64,000 bases of DNA, taken from NCBI GenBank assembly GCA_050250895.1, contig JBFWNU010000001.1:3776149-3840148 (forward strand), given 5' to 3'. The notes beneath the pieces are model-generated. The model did not search any database, had not been told where the DNA came from, and saw only the letters and a program-made list of their open reading frames with translations. This document shows, piece by piece, positions 49,677-59,062 of this stretch; within the stretch, counting starts at the first letter, position 1, and each line of letters opens with the position of its first letter. The DNA comes from Vulcanimicrobiota bacterium. GTDB taxonomy: Bacteria; Vulcanimicrobiota; Xenobia; Xenobiales; JADMJV01. Position numbers and translations under genes: made by a program.

Positions 49677-49773
49677 AGCCGGAGCAGACCCGGCGGTTCG
49701 TCGCCAAGAAGAGTTTACAATTGTCCGACCTCACAGTTTGGCGGCAGAAAAGCCCGTTACGCGTCGGTCGAGT

Positions 49774-49895
49774 ATGCTCCCATGCTGCAATAGTGGAGGG
49801 GGTGCCTGTCTGACGAGCTGTGCAACCAACTGCACATGTTGCTGGTGCCTTGGGCGCCGAGGCTGTTCGGGAGGCGGCTGCTCCCCGGCTCTTAA
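49774..49895 (+). pseudogene. Internal fragment of a paralogue of the Cys-rich domain at ~46320-46435
   Basis: PCCNSGGGACLTSCATNCTCCWCLGRRGCSGGGC versus PCCNNGGGSCGTSCATNCTSCWCLGRRTCSGGDC. Confidence 0.8.
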
Positions 49896-50014
49896 GCCGC
49901 CGACTACACCGGGTCGGGGTGGGTGCCGGTTGCTCCGGCGAAATCCCGTAAAAACCCGGCAGCACGCCTAAAAGCTTTCAGACTCCTTTCAACCTGGTCT
50001 GATAGCCTTAGCCT

Positions 50015-51373
50015 ATGTCGTCTGTGCAGGGTCATTTGTGGTCTACTTTGCGTCCGTCCGGGGTTCTTCAAGGCAAGGGCACCGGGCCGCTACGTCAGCA
50101 TCTCGATGCCGAACAACAGCAAGAGCTGCGCGATGTGCTGGTGGCCATGCAAGACCACGACGCTCAGCTGGTCAAGCCGGGCCTGGGACTGCCCTTCATG
50201 CCCAAGCAAGTCAAGCTCAGCCCCGACGCCGCTCTCAAGACGCTGCTCAAGCAAACCCCGGCCTTCCCCTATGGCTTCGAAGTGATTCATGGCAACGACT
50301 CGATGCGGGTGAGTAACCTGGGTGACCTGCGCGACGCTGCCGCCCTGCTGGGAGCCACTCCGACCGAGACCGCCGGTAAGCCGGGTCTGGCCCAGGCGCT
50401 GCAGAATTTGCAGGGCAATCGCTGGGTCATCGCCTCGGCAACTCTCAACGGAGAGACGCGGACGGGGCCGATGGCCGCCTACAGCCACTTCGGGGCGTCG
50501 GTAGCCAGGTCGCCGATGGGCCACAGCTATCACGCCAACCAGCCCTACCAGTTCGAGAGTATCGATTTTCTCTACAACAGTCACGACGCCAGCGTCTTTC
50601 CCGACCCCGGAGCTGCTGGCGAGTTGCAGAAGCTCGAGGCCGATGGCTTCAACCTGCAAGCCACCCAGGGCAAGGACAAGGCGGACGCCTACGCTGCTTT
50701 CTTCGCCGGCATGCCGACCATGGTTACCGACGGCCAGGGACAGGTCCTGACCTTCGCCAGCCAGCGTGATCAGGCCGGCGCCGTGGCCTTGCACCAAGCT
50801 TCGAAGGATTGTCAGGTCGCCTACAAGACGCATTTGAAAGCGGCCTTTGAGCAGGGCTTGATCAAGTATCTGGGTAACGCTCTCAACCAGGCGCAGATTC
50901 CGGCTGGCAGGCTGACTCCCGAGCAAAGAGCCGAGGCGCTGGTCGACCTCTACCGAGCCGGGCACGAGAATCCGGGGCGTAACGTCGATCCCCACGACCA
51001 TTCAAGCCTGCAGTGCGATCGGCTCTACGGCACCCTGGTCAAGTCGGTGAGAGGCGACGACGTGGCTGTTGCCGCCAGGGCGACCGCCCAGTCGATAAGA
51101 GATTTCGACCTGCACAACACCATCGTGATGGTCAACGCGCTCTCGCGCAGCTTGCCCAAAGATACCAAGCTTCCCGGTCTGGACTTCGAAGCCCAACTCA
51201 ACGTGCTCAAGCGCAACTTGAGAGCGGCCCACGAGAAGTCTCTGCTGGGCGATAGCCAGGGCGTTCAGGACCTGTTCACTCCCGAGGCGCTGGGTCACCC
51301 CATCCAAATCAATCTTGACGACTTCGGCGACTATCTGCGGGTTGGCGACATCGACCTCGACAAGGTCGACTAG
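50015..51373 (+). CDS. Hypothetical protein (452 aa)
   Basis: Long ORF with GC-rich third positions; ends ..DYLRVGDIDLDKVD. Confidence 0.7.
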   Translation: MSSVQGHLWSTLRPSGVLQGKGTGPLRQHLDAEQQQELRDVLVAMQDHDAQLVKPGLGLPFMPKQVKLSPDAALKTLLKQTPAFPYGFEVIHGNDSMRVSNLGDLRDAAALLGATPTETAGKPGLAQALQNLQGNRWVIASATLNGETRTGPMAAYSHFGASVARSPMGHSYHANQPYQFESIDFLYNSHDASVFPDPGAAGELQKLEADGFNLQATQGKDKADAYAAFFAGMPTMVTDGQGQVLTFASQRDQAGAVALHQASKDCQVAYKTHLKAAFEQGLIKYLGNALNQAQIPAGRLTPEQRAEALVDLYRAGHENPGRNVDPHDHSSLQCDRLYGTLVKSVRGDDVAVAARATAQSIRDFDLHNTIVMVNALSRSLPKDTKLPGLDFEAQLNVLKRNLRAAHEKSLLGDSQGVQDLFTPEALGHPIQINLDDFGDYLRVGDIDLDKVD

Positions 51374-51387
51374 CGCTTCGCGCCGCG

Positions 51388-52041
51388 CTAGGACTGCGCT
51401 TCGCGGTCGACCCAGATGTCTCCGACGCGGATGGCGTCTTCGTCGAGTTGCAAGTCCACCGGGCCGACCTCGAGAAGCAGTTCGGCCTTCTCTCTAACCT
51501 GGCTGCGGGCCAGTAAGTCGCGATAGTCGCGGTCGGCCTGGCGAAACTGGGCCAGGGCGTCTTGATAGCGCTGCTCGCGACCCGTGATCTCTTCGTAAGC
51601 GATCCAACTAGAAATCGGGCCGACCGCTCCGGCCATCAACCCGGCGGCGCCGAAACCTATGGCCGGGCCGGTGCCGGTAAAATGGCCGGCCAGCAGCGCG
51701 CCAGCCGGAACCAGGGCCGCTCCGAAGGCCGGCAATAGCCAGCGCCGCGAAAACTTCTCATGGCTGTTGGGGCTACTCATCAGCATGGCCGCCACCGGAG
51801 TCAAGGTCACTCCGATCAGACCCCCCAGAGCAGCCGGAGCGTAGCCGCCATAGTAGCCGGCCGCCGCTCCCATGGTGGCTCCCACGGCCGCGCCGACCCC
51901 GAGCAGCACGGGCTCGTCGGGAAACCTCCAGGGCCGAGCAGGCGCCACCGGCTCGGGCGGTAGTTCCACCTTTTCGGGCAGAAACAGCTCGTCGGTCTGG
52001 CGGCGAGGACGCATCGGGATGATGGCGGGGCCGATTTTCAC
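51388..52041 (-). CDS. Hypothetical membrane protein
   Basis: GGAG upstream of GTG; Gly-zipper TM helices, coiled coil; ends ..DAIRVGDIWVDRE. Confidence 0.7.
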   Translation of the reverse strand: MKIGPAIIPMRPRRQTDELFLPEKVELPPEPVAPARPWRFPDEPVLLGVGAAVGATMGAAAGYYGGYAPAALGGLIGVTLTPVAAMLMSSPNSHEKFSRRWLLPAFGAALVPAGALLAGHFTGTGPAIGFGAAGLMAGAVGPISSWIAYEEITGREQRYQDALAQFRQADRDYRDLLARSQVREKAELLLEVGPVDLQLDEDAIRVGDIWVDREAQS

Positions 52042-52086
52042 TCCGTCAGTCTAGAACGGACGGTGGCCTGGGGGTTTGCGAGACTG

Positions 52087-53361
52087 TTAACTCAGGGCAA
52101 GCTCCCAGTCGAAATCGACGGCCGCCAGCAAGGTGCGGTCATGGCTGGCCACCACCAACCCTCCCGGCCAGGCCTGCAGCGCCTGGGCCAGGGCGCGCTG
52201 GCCCAGCAGGTCGAGACTGTAGCTGGGTTCGTCGAGGATCAACATCGACACCGAGCTATGATAGAGCCAGATCAGCGCCGCCCGGGCTCGCTCGCCAGGG
52301 CTCAGCGAGCGCAAGGGGCGCCGGGCCAGGGCCAGCGGAAATTGGTGAGCGGCCAGGCTCTCGGCGCCGAGTTGATCGAGCAGGCACTCTTCGCGCATCC
52401 AATTGCTGCCGCCCTGGGCCACCACTCCCACCCGAGATGAGTCGGCCGACTGCGCCATCAACTCGAGCAAGGTGGTCTTGCCCGAACCGTTGGGGCCGGT
52501 CACGGCTACGCGGTCATGGGCGAGCCTGAGGGCCAGCTGGGGAGTGTCCAGGCGAATGACCGGGGCCGGGTCTTCAAACTGGGCTGGCGGGGGCAGCACC
52601 AGGGGCAGGTCGACGCGTAGGCTGCGGCGGGCCGCCCGCGTCTGTTGGCGGATGGCCGCCAGTCGCGCCTCGCGCACCCGCTTCGAGCGAGCATGATTGT
52701 CCTGGGCCTGATCGCGCTTGGTGTTGAGCGTGGCTTTGGGAGTGGCTCGGTCGAGTTCGCGGGCGCGGCCGTATTGCTTTTTGCGGGCTCGCCGGCGGGC
52801 CAGATAAAGGCTGCGTTCTTCTTGTGATTCGAGCTGGCGAAGTTGGCGCAGATAGCGTTCCTGGCTGGCTCGGTGACGAGCTTCGAGTTGCTCGAGCATG
52901 CCTTCGAAGGGGCCCGAGTAGAGCTCGCAGCCGGCTTCGGAGACCAGGAAGAAGTGGCTGAAATCGCTCAGGAGTTCAGGCTCGTGCGAGGCAACCAGCA
53001 AGCCCCCCGGATAGTCGGCAAGCCAGCCGCGCAGCCATTCGATACCGGGCTGGTCGAGGTCCTGAGTAGGCTCGTCCAGCAGCAGCAAGGCAGGCTGGGC
53101 CTGGCGGGCTGCTTCGAGAGCCCGGCGACGCGACTCGCCGCCACTGGCCTGTGCGGGTGGTAGTAGCTGGGGCACCAGGTAGGGCTGGGTGTGGCGCACC
53201 ACCTGGCTTGACTCGGCCAGGGCCCGCAACAAGGTGGACTTGCCCACTCCGTTGCGTCCCACTAGAGCCGCTCGTTCCTGGCCCAGCGCGAGGTTGAGCC
53301 CGTCAAAGAGCACGCGACTGCCGTTTTTGATGGTCAGATCGTGGGCCTCGATCAGATGCAT
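52087..53361 (-). CDS. Compact ABC-F-like ATPase (two nucleotide-binding domains, no TM domain)
   Basis: GRNGVGKST/SGGE/LLDEPT and GPNGSGKTT/LSPGE/ILDEPS with a helical linker; ATG at 53361 overlaps the hflX stop. Confidence 0.8.
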   Translation of the reverse strand: MHLIEAHDLTIKNGSRVLFDGLNLALGQERAALVGRNGVGKSTLLRALAESSQVVRHTQPYLVPQLLPPAQASGGESRRRALEAARQAQPALLLLDEPTQDLDQPGIEWLRGWLADYPGGLLVASHEPELLSDFSHFFLVSEAGCELYSGPFEGMLEQLEARHRASQERYLRQLRQLESQEERSLYLARRRARKKQYGRARELDRATPKATLNTKRDQAQDNHARSKRVREARLAAIRQQTRAARRSLRVDLPLVLPPPAQFEDPAPVIRLDTPQLALRLAHDRVAVTGPNGSGKTTLLELMAQSADSSRVGVVAQGGSNWMREECLLDQLGAESLAAHQFPLALARRPLRSLSPGERARAALIWLYHSSVSMLILDEPSYSLDLLGQRALAQALQAWPGGLVVASHDRTLLAAVDFDWELALS

Positions 53362-54680
53362 AGCAGACTCCTCAATCTGGCCAGCACTGCCGGTTTGGCC
53401 TCGAGCCGCAGCCACAGACCCTGCTGGCGGGCCTCGCTCTCGATCACCCGGCATTGGCCGTGGGCGATGTCCATGGCCTCGGTAGCCGTGTAGGGGATCA
53501 GTAACTCGGTCACCGGCTGATCGCGGCGAACCTCGGCCAGCAGGGCTTCTTTGAGGTCGCCCAGGGCCTGGCTGCTGACCAGCCGGTGGGGAAGGTAGTG
53601 GTCGAGGGGCGGCACCTGGTCGACCAGGTCGAGCTTGTTGAAGATGTAGAAACGGGGCACCTCGGCGGCGCCCAGGCGCTCGATCATGCTCAGGGTGATG
53701 TCGAGGTGATGTTGCCACTCGAAGTCGGATAGATCGACCACGATGGCCAGCAAGGAAGCGTCGCGCACCTCGGACAGAGTCGACTCGAAGCTGGCTAACA
53801 GACGCTCGGGCAGGCGCCGAATGAAGCCCACCGTGTCGCTGAGCAAGACGGTGCCGCCGTGGCGGGTGAGGCTGCGCGAGGTGGTGTCGAGGGTCTCGAA
53901 GGGCCGGTCGCGGGCCGACAGTTGCTCGTCGGTGAGGGCGTTCATCAGCGAGGTCTTGCCGGCGTTGGTATAGCCAAGCAGGGCGATGCGCCGGCAGTCG
54001 GCCCGGCCGCGCCGACGGTTCTCGTCGCTGCGGCCCAGGCGTCGCTCGACCTTCTTGAGTTCGAGCAGGCGTCCGTCGAGCTTGCGGGCCAAGAGTTCTG
54101 AGGCTGTCTCGCCTGGGCCACGCCCGCCCGGGACACCCCCGATCTGCTGGTCCATGTTGAGGCCCACCCCGCGGATGCGGGGACGCAGATACTCGAGCTG
54201 GGCGATCTCGACCTGGACTCGCGAGCGGCGGGTGCGGGCCTGACGCACGAAGACGTTGAGGATGACTCCCTCCCGGTCGCTGACTGGAATGCCGGCCACA
54301 TCTTCGAGATTGCGGGCCTGCGAAGGGCTCAGCTCGGCGTCGACCACCAGCAGGGTGGCTCCCAGGTCGCGGGCTCGGTCGGCGATCTCGCGGGCCTTGC
54401 CGGGGCCGATCAGGGTGCGAGGACGAGGCTTGGAGAGGTAGTAGCACTCCTGGCCCACGATCTCGCTGCCCTGGGCCTCGGTCAGGCTGAGAATCTCGGC
54501 CAGCTGAGCGAACTGAACGTGCGGATCGGGGTCGGTGCTGACCGAGAGCACGAAAGCCAGGTTGGTGGCCTCGTCGGGGGAGCCGCGCTCGGTCCAGTAT
54601 TCGACGGTCTCTTCCCACAGGCCATCGTCGGCCAAGGGCACTTCTTCATGTTCGGGAACGGGGTTGGAATGAAACTGCAT
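53352..54680 (-). CDS. hflX: GTPase HflX
   Basis: LSPSQ.RNLE, QVE.AQL.Y..PR, RGPGET, GYTNAGKTS, FETLDTT, DTVGFI, NKLD. Confidence 0.92.
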   Translation of the reverse strand: MQFHSNPVPEHEEVPLADDGLWEETVEYWTERGSPDEATNLAFVLSVSTDPDPHVQFAQLAEILSLTEAQGSEIVGQECYYLSKPRPRTLIGPGKAREIADRARDLGATLLVVDAELSPSQARNLEDVAGIPVSDREGVILNVFVRQARTRRSRVQVEIAQLEYLRPRIRGVGLNMDQQIGGVPGGRGPGETASELLARKLDGRLLELKKVERRLGRSDENRRRGRADCRRIALLGYTNAGKTSLMNALTDEQLSARDRPFETLDTTSRSLTRHGGTVLLSDTVGFIRRLPERLLASFESTLSEVRDASLLAIVVDLSDFEWQHHLDITLSMIERLGAAEVPRFYIFNKLDLVDQVPPLDHYLPHRLVSSQALGDLKEALLAEVRRDQPVTELLIPYTATEAMDIAHGQCRVIESEARQQGLWLRLEAKPAVLARLRSLLCI

Positions 54681-54745
54681 GGCTGATTCCTCTTCTTTGA
54701 AACGGGCGGCAGGGGGCCGCTGGTGGGGGCGGTCGTGGACCGCTA

Positions 54746-54769
54746 TTAGAGAGAAATCAAAATGATCAT
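54746..54769 (-). CDS. Candidate leader peptide MIILISL upstream of hflX
   Basis: ATG ATC ATT TTG ATT TCT CTC TAA, followed by the hairpin GCGGTC-CAC-GACCGC. Confidence 0.45.
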   Translation of the reverse strand: MIILISL

Positions 54770-54797
54770 GACACGTCTAGCAATATTTGCTGTGGAG

Positions 54798-54826
54798 AGT
54801 GTAGCGGATTCGGCCGCCCAGGTCAA
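54798..54826 (-). promoter_or_regulatory. Sigma70-like promoter for uORF-hflX-ABC-F
   Basis: Minus strand TTGACC-N17-TACACT. Confidence 0.6.
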
Positions 54827-54871
54827 GGTGTAAAGAGAGGTTCGACCTCGACTCGCAGCAAACTATGGCCG

Positions 54872-55243
54872 ATGAGGTATTTGTTGGTTTTGTCTGTGCT
54901 TTTTTTGGTTGCTTGCGGCCGGGTGGAAGAGGCGGTCGCCCCACCTGACCCCAACCTGGGTCAGGTGGGTGAGACGGTGCTCTTGCATACCGAGCGCGAG
55001 TTTACCGTGGTGATCAAGAACTGGGGCGACTTCGACCGCTCGATTGGCGCCATGAACCCGACCCAGCTCCAGTCCGAAGAAAGGCGCGGGGTGCTCTATC
55101 TGGTCGACGAGGGCACCAAGGTCAAAGTGACCGAGGTCAAGTCGTACAAGGGCGACCGCGATGTGCGCGGGGTCGAAGTGCTCGAGGGCAAGTACAAGGG
55201 CAAGACGGGTTTCGTGTCCAACGAGTGGATCAAGAAGCCCTAA
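54872..55243 (+). CDS. Putative lipoprotein
   Basis: Signal peptide with LVAC lipobox; SH3-like beta-rich tail (G.TGFV..EW). Confidence 0.75.
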   Translation: MRYLLVLSVLFLVACGRVEEAVAPPDPNLGQVGETVLLHTEREFTVVIKNWGDFDRSIGAMNPTQLQSEERRGVLYLVDEGTKVKVTEVKSYKGDRDVRGVEVLEGKYKGKTGFVSNEWIKKP

Positions 55244-55788
55244 TCGGCCAGCTTCCAACTGACCCCTTCCAGGGTGGGGGTCACGCTGCCGTCGGCTGCG
55301 ATGAGCCCACGCATGGCGTGGCCCAGGTCGCGCTGCTTGTCGTCGCTCGAGACGATCACGTCGAGTCCACCCTCGGCGAACCTGACGTTGAGCTTTTGAG
55401 GGCCGGGACCCGCCAGCAAGTCGTAAGAAGTGATCTCATGTTGGGTGTTGTAGGAAGGGATGACCCACCAGCTGCTGCCCGTTCCCAGGTCGACCTCGGC
55501 GGTGGCCAGGAACGCTTCGGAGGCCTTGCAGGCAGCGGCGATCTTGGCCGCGTGCGGAGCGAGCTCGCTCAGTTCGGTGATGAGGCTCTGGCCATAGCCA
55601 GGGTTTAGGCCCTTGAGGATGACATCGTCGACTTTACCGTCGAGTTCCAATTTGTGCTCCTGGCCCTCGCTCGGAAAGACAGCCTGGTCCTTGGTGGCGT
55701 CGAATTGCTCGTTGCTTTCACCGGGCTTGCGCTCGATGCGCACGAATCCCGTCTTGAAGATCTGATCGGGTCCCATTTTTACTACCAT
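55240..55788 (-). CDS. Hypothetical protein (182 aa)
   Basis: ORF with typical codon bias, convergent on the lipoprotein gene. Confidence 0.6.
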   Translation of the reverse strand: MVVKMGPDQIFKTGFVRIERKPGESNEQFDATKDQAVFPSEGQEHKLELDGKVDDVILKGLNPGYGQSLITELSELAPHAAKIAAACKASEAFLATAEVDLGTGSSWWVIPSYNTQHEITSYDLLAGPGPQKLNVRFAEGGLDVIVSSDDKQRDLGHAMRGLIAADGSVTPTLEGVSWKLAD

Positions 55789-55969
55789 GTGTTTGTCCAG
55801 CCTTTTCTATTTGTCTGCTGGCAGGCTAGCAGCCAATCGTCACACCAACGTCAACTCCCGTAAGGCGTGGGATTCCTTAGCCTGAGCGCGATGACCGGGA
55901 TCATTTCCAGGCGAACCCCAGCGAGCTAGCATGACAGTGCAACACTCTGTGGAAAAGGAGGGCTTGAAC

Positions 55970-56443
55970 ATGACGACCCTACAAAAACCGAATGAAGAGA
56001 AAGTTGTCCAGGCCCACGACACCTGGCTGCACCCGTGGGGGGACTTCGACCGAATGCGTCAGGCCATGGACGCCATGCTCAGTGGCTTCTGGCCGCGTCG
56101 CCTGCTGGCCGAATCGGCCACCCCGGCGGTCAACATGTATCGTGACGACGGCAACCTGATCGTCGAGGCTGCCATTCCTGGTATGAAGAAGGATGACATC
56201 AAGGTCAGCCTGCTCGGCAACACCCTGACGATCGAGGGCGAGAGCAAGCACGAGAGTAAAGTCGAGAAGGACGACTACTACTTCACTGAAATGCACCGCG
56301 GTAGCTTCTCGCGTCGGGTGAGACTGCCGGTCGAGGTCAAGTCGGACGACATCAAAGCCGAATACAAAGACGGCATGCTCAAACTGACCATGGCCATGCT
56401 GGCTCCTCATAAGGAGAAGCCGATAGAGGTCAAGGTCAAGTAG
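55970..56443 (+). CDS. Hsp20 / alpha-crystallin small heat shock protein
   Basis: AAGGAGG ribosome-binding site; P.VN......IPG..K.DI, E...GSFSR.V.LP, A.Y.DG.L. Confidence 0.92.
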   Translation: MTTLQKPNEEKVVQAHDTWLHPWGDFDRMRQAMDAMLSGFWPRRLLAESATPAVNMYRDDGNLIVEAAIPGMKKDDIKVSLLGNTLTIEGESKHESKVEKDDYYFTEMHRGSFSRRVRLPVEVKSDDIKAEYKDGMLKLTMAMLAPHKEKPIEVKVK

Positions 56444-56447
56444 CTCA

Positions 56448-56478
56448 AGAGCCACCCGCACGGGTGGCTCTCTCGTTA
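56448..56478 (+). terminator. Hairpin after hsp20, probable terminator
   Basis: AGAGCCACCCG-CA-CGGGTGGCTCT; weak U-tract. Confidence 0.55.
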
Positions 56479-56664
56479 GCTCCCCTACGGTCAGAGCGGG
56501 CGCAACTGGATCACCCGGCCCAGAGCCCTTTCGGCCGAACAGTCGTGACCGCGTTCAAGTCGGGAGGCTGGGCTCTCGCAATACAGCTCTAACACTCGAC
56601 AAGTGTGGTTCCAACTTAGCCCGAGCTAGGATGGGACAAAAAGGTTTTCAGGAGCTATAAAAAA

Positions 56665-58917
56665 ATGGAAATTCGATCCCATCCTTTTCTGACTGTGCGC
56701 AATGGCGTATCCTTTCCCGGCTCGGCCAATATTCTGTCGGTGGGCCGGCCGGCCTCGGTGGCGGCCCTGCGGGCCACCATGGACTCGCCCGACAAGACGA
56801 TCGTATTGCTGACCCAGAAGAACCCGGTGGTCGAAGAGCCGGGCCTCGATGACTTGCACCCGCTGGGCTTGCGGGCCCTGGTGCACCGTGTGACCGAGCG
56901 CGAGAACGGATTCGAGGTGGTGGTCGAAGGGCGCGACCGGGTGCGGTTGTTCGATCTCGCCTGGCAGCCTTATCCGGTGGCCCAGGTGCAACTGCTGGGC
57001 GGGCCAACCGGTACCGGGGAGGTGGAGGAAGAACTCCACGAGGAGCTACTCGAGCAATCCAGTCGTCTCTTCGAGCTGGCCGGTGAGGCCGGCGACACCG
57101 CGGCCCGGCTGGCCGCCGACCTCGACAATCCGGAAGAACTTGTCTGTTTTCTAGCCTCGGCTCTGTCCCTGTCGACCGAGCAAGGCCTGGCCGTTCTGGG
57201 AGCCCAACGGCTCGAGGAGGCCCAGCGTCTGACCCTGGAGTATCTCGCCGAAAGCATCGAGCAAATCGAGGACGGAGGGGAGTTTCCTGCCAACCTGGTC
57301 TGGCCTCCGGACAACGAAGACGAGCCAGAGGAATCGGCCGCGGTCGAGAGGTTGCGGCAACGGCTGGCGGCGCTTGACTTGCCAGTGGATATCCTGGTGT
57401 CCGTGGGACGCGAACTGGAGAAGTTGGAGAGCCTCGAGTCCGACTCGATCGACTATCAGAACGTCCTCACCGGGGTCGAACTGTTCCTCGAGTTGCCCTG
57501 GACCGAGGGAACCGAGGACAACCTCGACCTGAGCGAGGCCAGACAGGTGCTCGACCGCCAGTTGCACGGACTCGAAGAGGTCAAAGAGCGGCTGCTGGAT
57601 CGGCTGGCCTGGATGCGCCTGGCCGGCTCGCCTCCGCCCGTGCTGTGTCTGGTGGGACCGGCGGGCAGCGGCAAAACGGCTGTGGTCCAGGCTCTGGCCG
57701 AGGTTTTGGGGCGTCAGGTCGATTTCCTCAGCCTGAACGGTTATGACCCGGACGCCTTCCTGGTGGGCACGGTCTGGACCCAACCCGGGGCAGCGGTGGG
57801 ACAGTTGTATCAGGCCTTCCGCAGGACCCAGAGCATGAATCCCATCCTGGCCTTCGAGTTCGACGACCTCGACCAGACCGGCGCCGAGAGCCTGTTGAGC
57901 CTGGGACAACGCTGCCGGGACGAGTACCTGGGGCTACCGCTGGACCTCTCGCAAGCGATGGTGGTGCTCACGACGCGATCGATCGAACGGCTGCCAGTCC
58001 GCTTACGGGACCGCATGGAGGTGCTCTACCTGGTGGGCTACGACTGCGAGGAGAAGGTAGCCATCGGCGGCCGCCATCTGAGGCCGGCTCAGCTGCGAGC
58101 CGCCGGCCTCGAGCCCGCTTCGATCGAGTTGCCGGATGAGGCTCTGGAGTGGCTGATTACGGCCCACACCGACGAGGCCGGAGTGGCCCAGCTCGAGCGT
58201 CTGCTCCGAGAACTCTCGGCCCGATTGGCTCGCCGGCAGGTCGAGGACGAGACCTCCAAGCGGGTCGTCGAGGTGGCTGACTTGTGTGAATGGTTCGGGC
58301 CGGGACGTCCTGGCACCAGACTGCCCCAGCCCGGCCGGGTCAGCGCCCTTACCATGACCGCCGCTGGGGGGGCGGCTGTGACCATCGAGGCCATCCGACT
58401 ACCGGGCGAAGAGGGGCTGGTGTTGACCGGCCCCAATCCCCAGCTCTGGCATGACCAGATCAGCCTGGCCCGAAGCCTTTTGGTGGCCCGCCGCGGCAGC
58501 CTCGGAATGACCCCATCGCGGGCGGGGCTACACCTGCATCTGCCCGATGGCATCCTGGCCTCGGATGTCGCTCACTGCCGGCTGTCCCTGGCGGTGGTGT
58601 CGCTATCGGCCTGGCTCGGCCTGGCTATTGACCCTCGCGTGGGTCTGATGGGGCCGGTCAGCCTGACCGGGCAGCTCGAGTGGTGTGATCATCTCGAAGA
58701 GAAGCTGCTGGCCGCCCGTCGGGCCGGACTGGAACGGGTCGTCTTGCCGGCTGCCAACCAGGCCGAACTCCATCGGTTGCCGACCAGGCTTCGCGAAGGT
58801 CTAGAACTGGTGGCGGTCGAGACTCTCGAGCAAGCTCTAGCGGTGGCGATCCCGGCTCTGGCTCCTAAGCTAGCAGCCGATCGGGAGGCAGCCTTCTTCG
58901 ATAGCTTTCGCAACTAG
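56665..58917 (+). CDS. Lon protease-like protein, catalytically degenerate
   Basis: LON N-domain, LPW, HGLE.VKER, CLVGP.G.GKT, DRMEV...GY, HLHLP, EK..AA.RAG; Walker B and PKDGPSAG motifs lost. Confidence 0.8.
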   Translation: MEIRSHPFLTVRNGVSFPGSANILSVGRPASVAALRATMDSPDKTIVLLTQKNPVVEEPGLDDLHPLGLRALVHRVTERENGFEVVVEGRDRVRLFDLAWQPYPVAQVQLLGGPTGTGEVEEELHEELLEQSSRLFELAGEAGDTAARLAADLDNPEELVCFLASALSLSTEQGLAVLGAQRLEEAQRLTLEYLAESIEQIEDGGEFPANLVWPPDNEDEPEESAAVERLRQRLAALDLPVDILVSVGRELEKLESLESDSIDYQNVLTGVELFLELPWTEGTEDNLDLSEARQVLDRQLHGLEEVKERLLDRLAWMRLAGSPPPVLCLVGPAGSGKTAVVQALAEVLGRQVDFLSLNGYDPDAFLVGTVWTQPGAAVGQLYQAFRRTQSMNPILAFEFDDLDQTGAESLLSLGQRCRDEYLGLPLDLSQAMVVLTTRSIERLPVRLRDRMEVLYLVGYDCEEKVAIGGRHLRPAQLRAAGLEPASIELPDEALEWLITAHTDEAGVAQLERLLRELSARLARRQVEDETSKRVVEVADLCEWFGPGRPGTRLPQPGRVSALTMTAAGGAAVTIEAIRLPGEEGLVLTGPNPQLWHDQISLARSLLVARRGSLGMTPSRAGLHLHLPDGILASDVAHCRLSLAVVSLSAWLGLAIDPRVGLMGPVSLTGQLEWCDHLEEKLLAARRAGLERVVLPAANQAELHRLPTRLREGLELVAVETLEQALAVAIPALAPKLAADREAAFFDSFRN

Positions 58918-59062
58918 CCCTCGAGGGCCCAGGCCAGCTGGCACCTGACTTCGTCGGCCCCGGCCCCGGCCTGGGCAAGGTCCCGACCGACCATCAGAAA
59001 GTCGGCTCCACAACCCCACTCGGCTCGAGTGGGTCCGGGAGCACCCACGGCGATGACGCCGG

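Noticed and set aside
46320-49895. Possible DGR template/variable repeat pair in the Cys-rich domain
   Set aside because: Differences are not adenine-specific, many are synonymous, and no reverse transcriptase is present in the window
53362-54618. N-terminal 419 aa of the 843 aa ORF
   Set aside because: Arg/Pro-rich alternate frame overlapping hflX; the ABC protein starts at 53361
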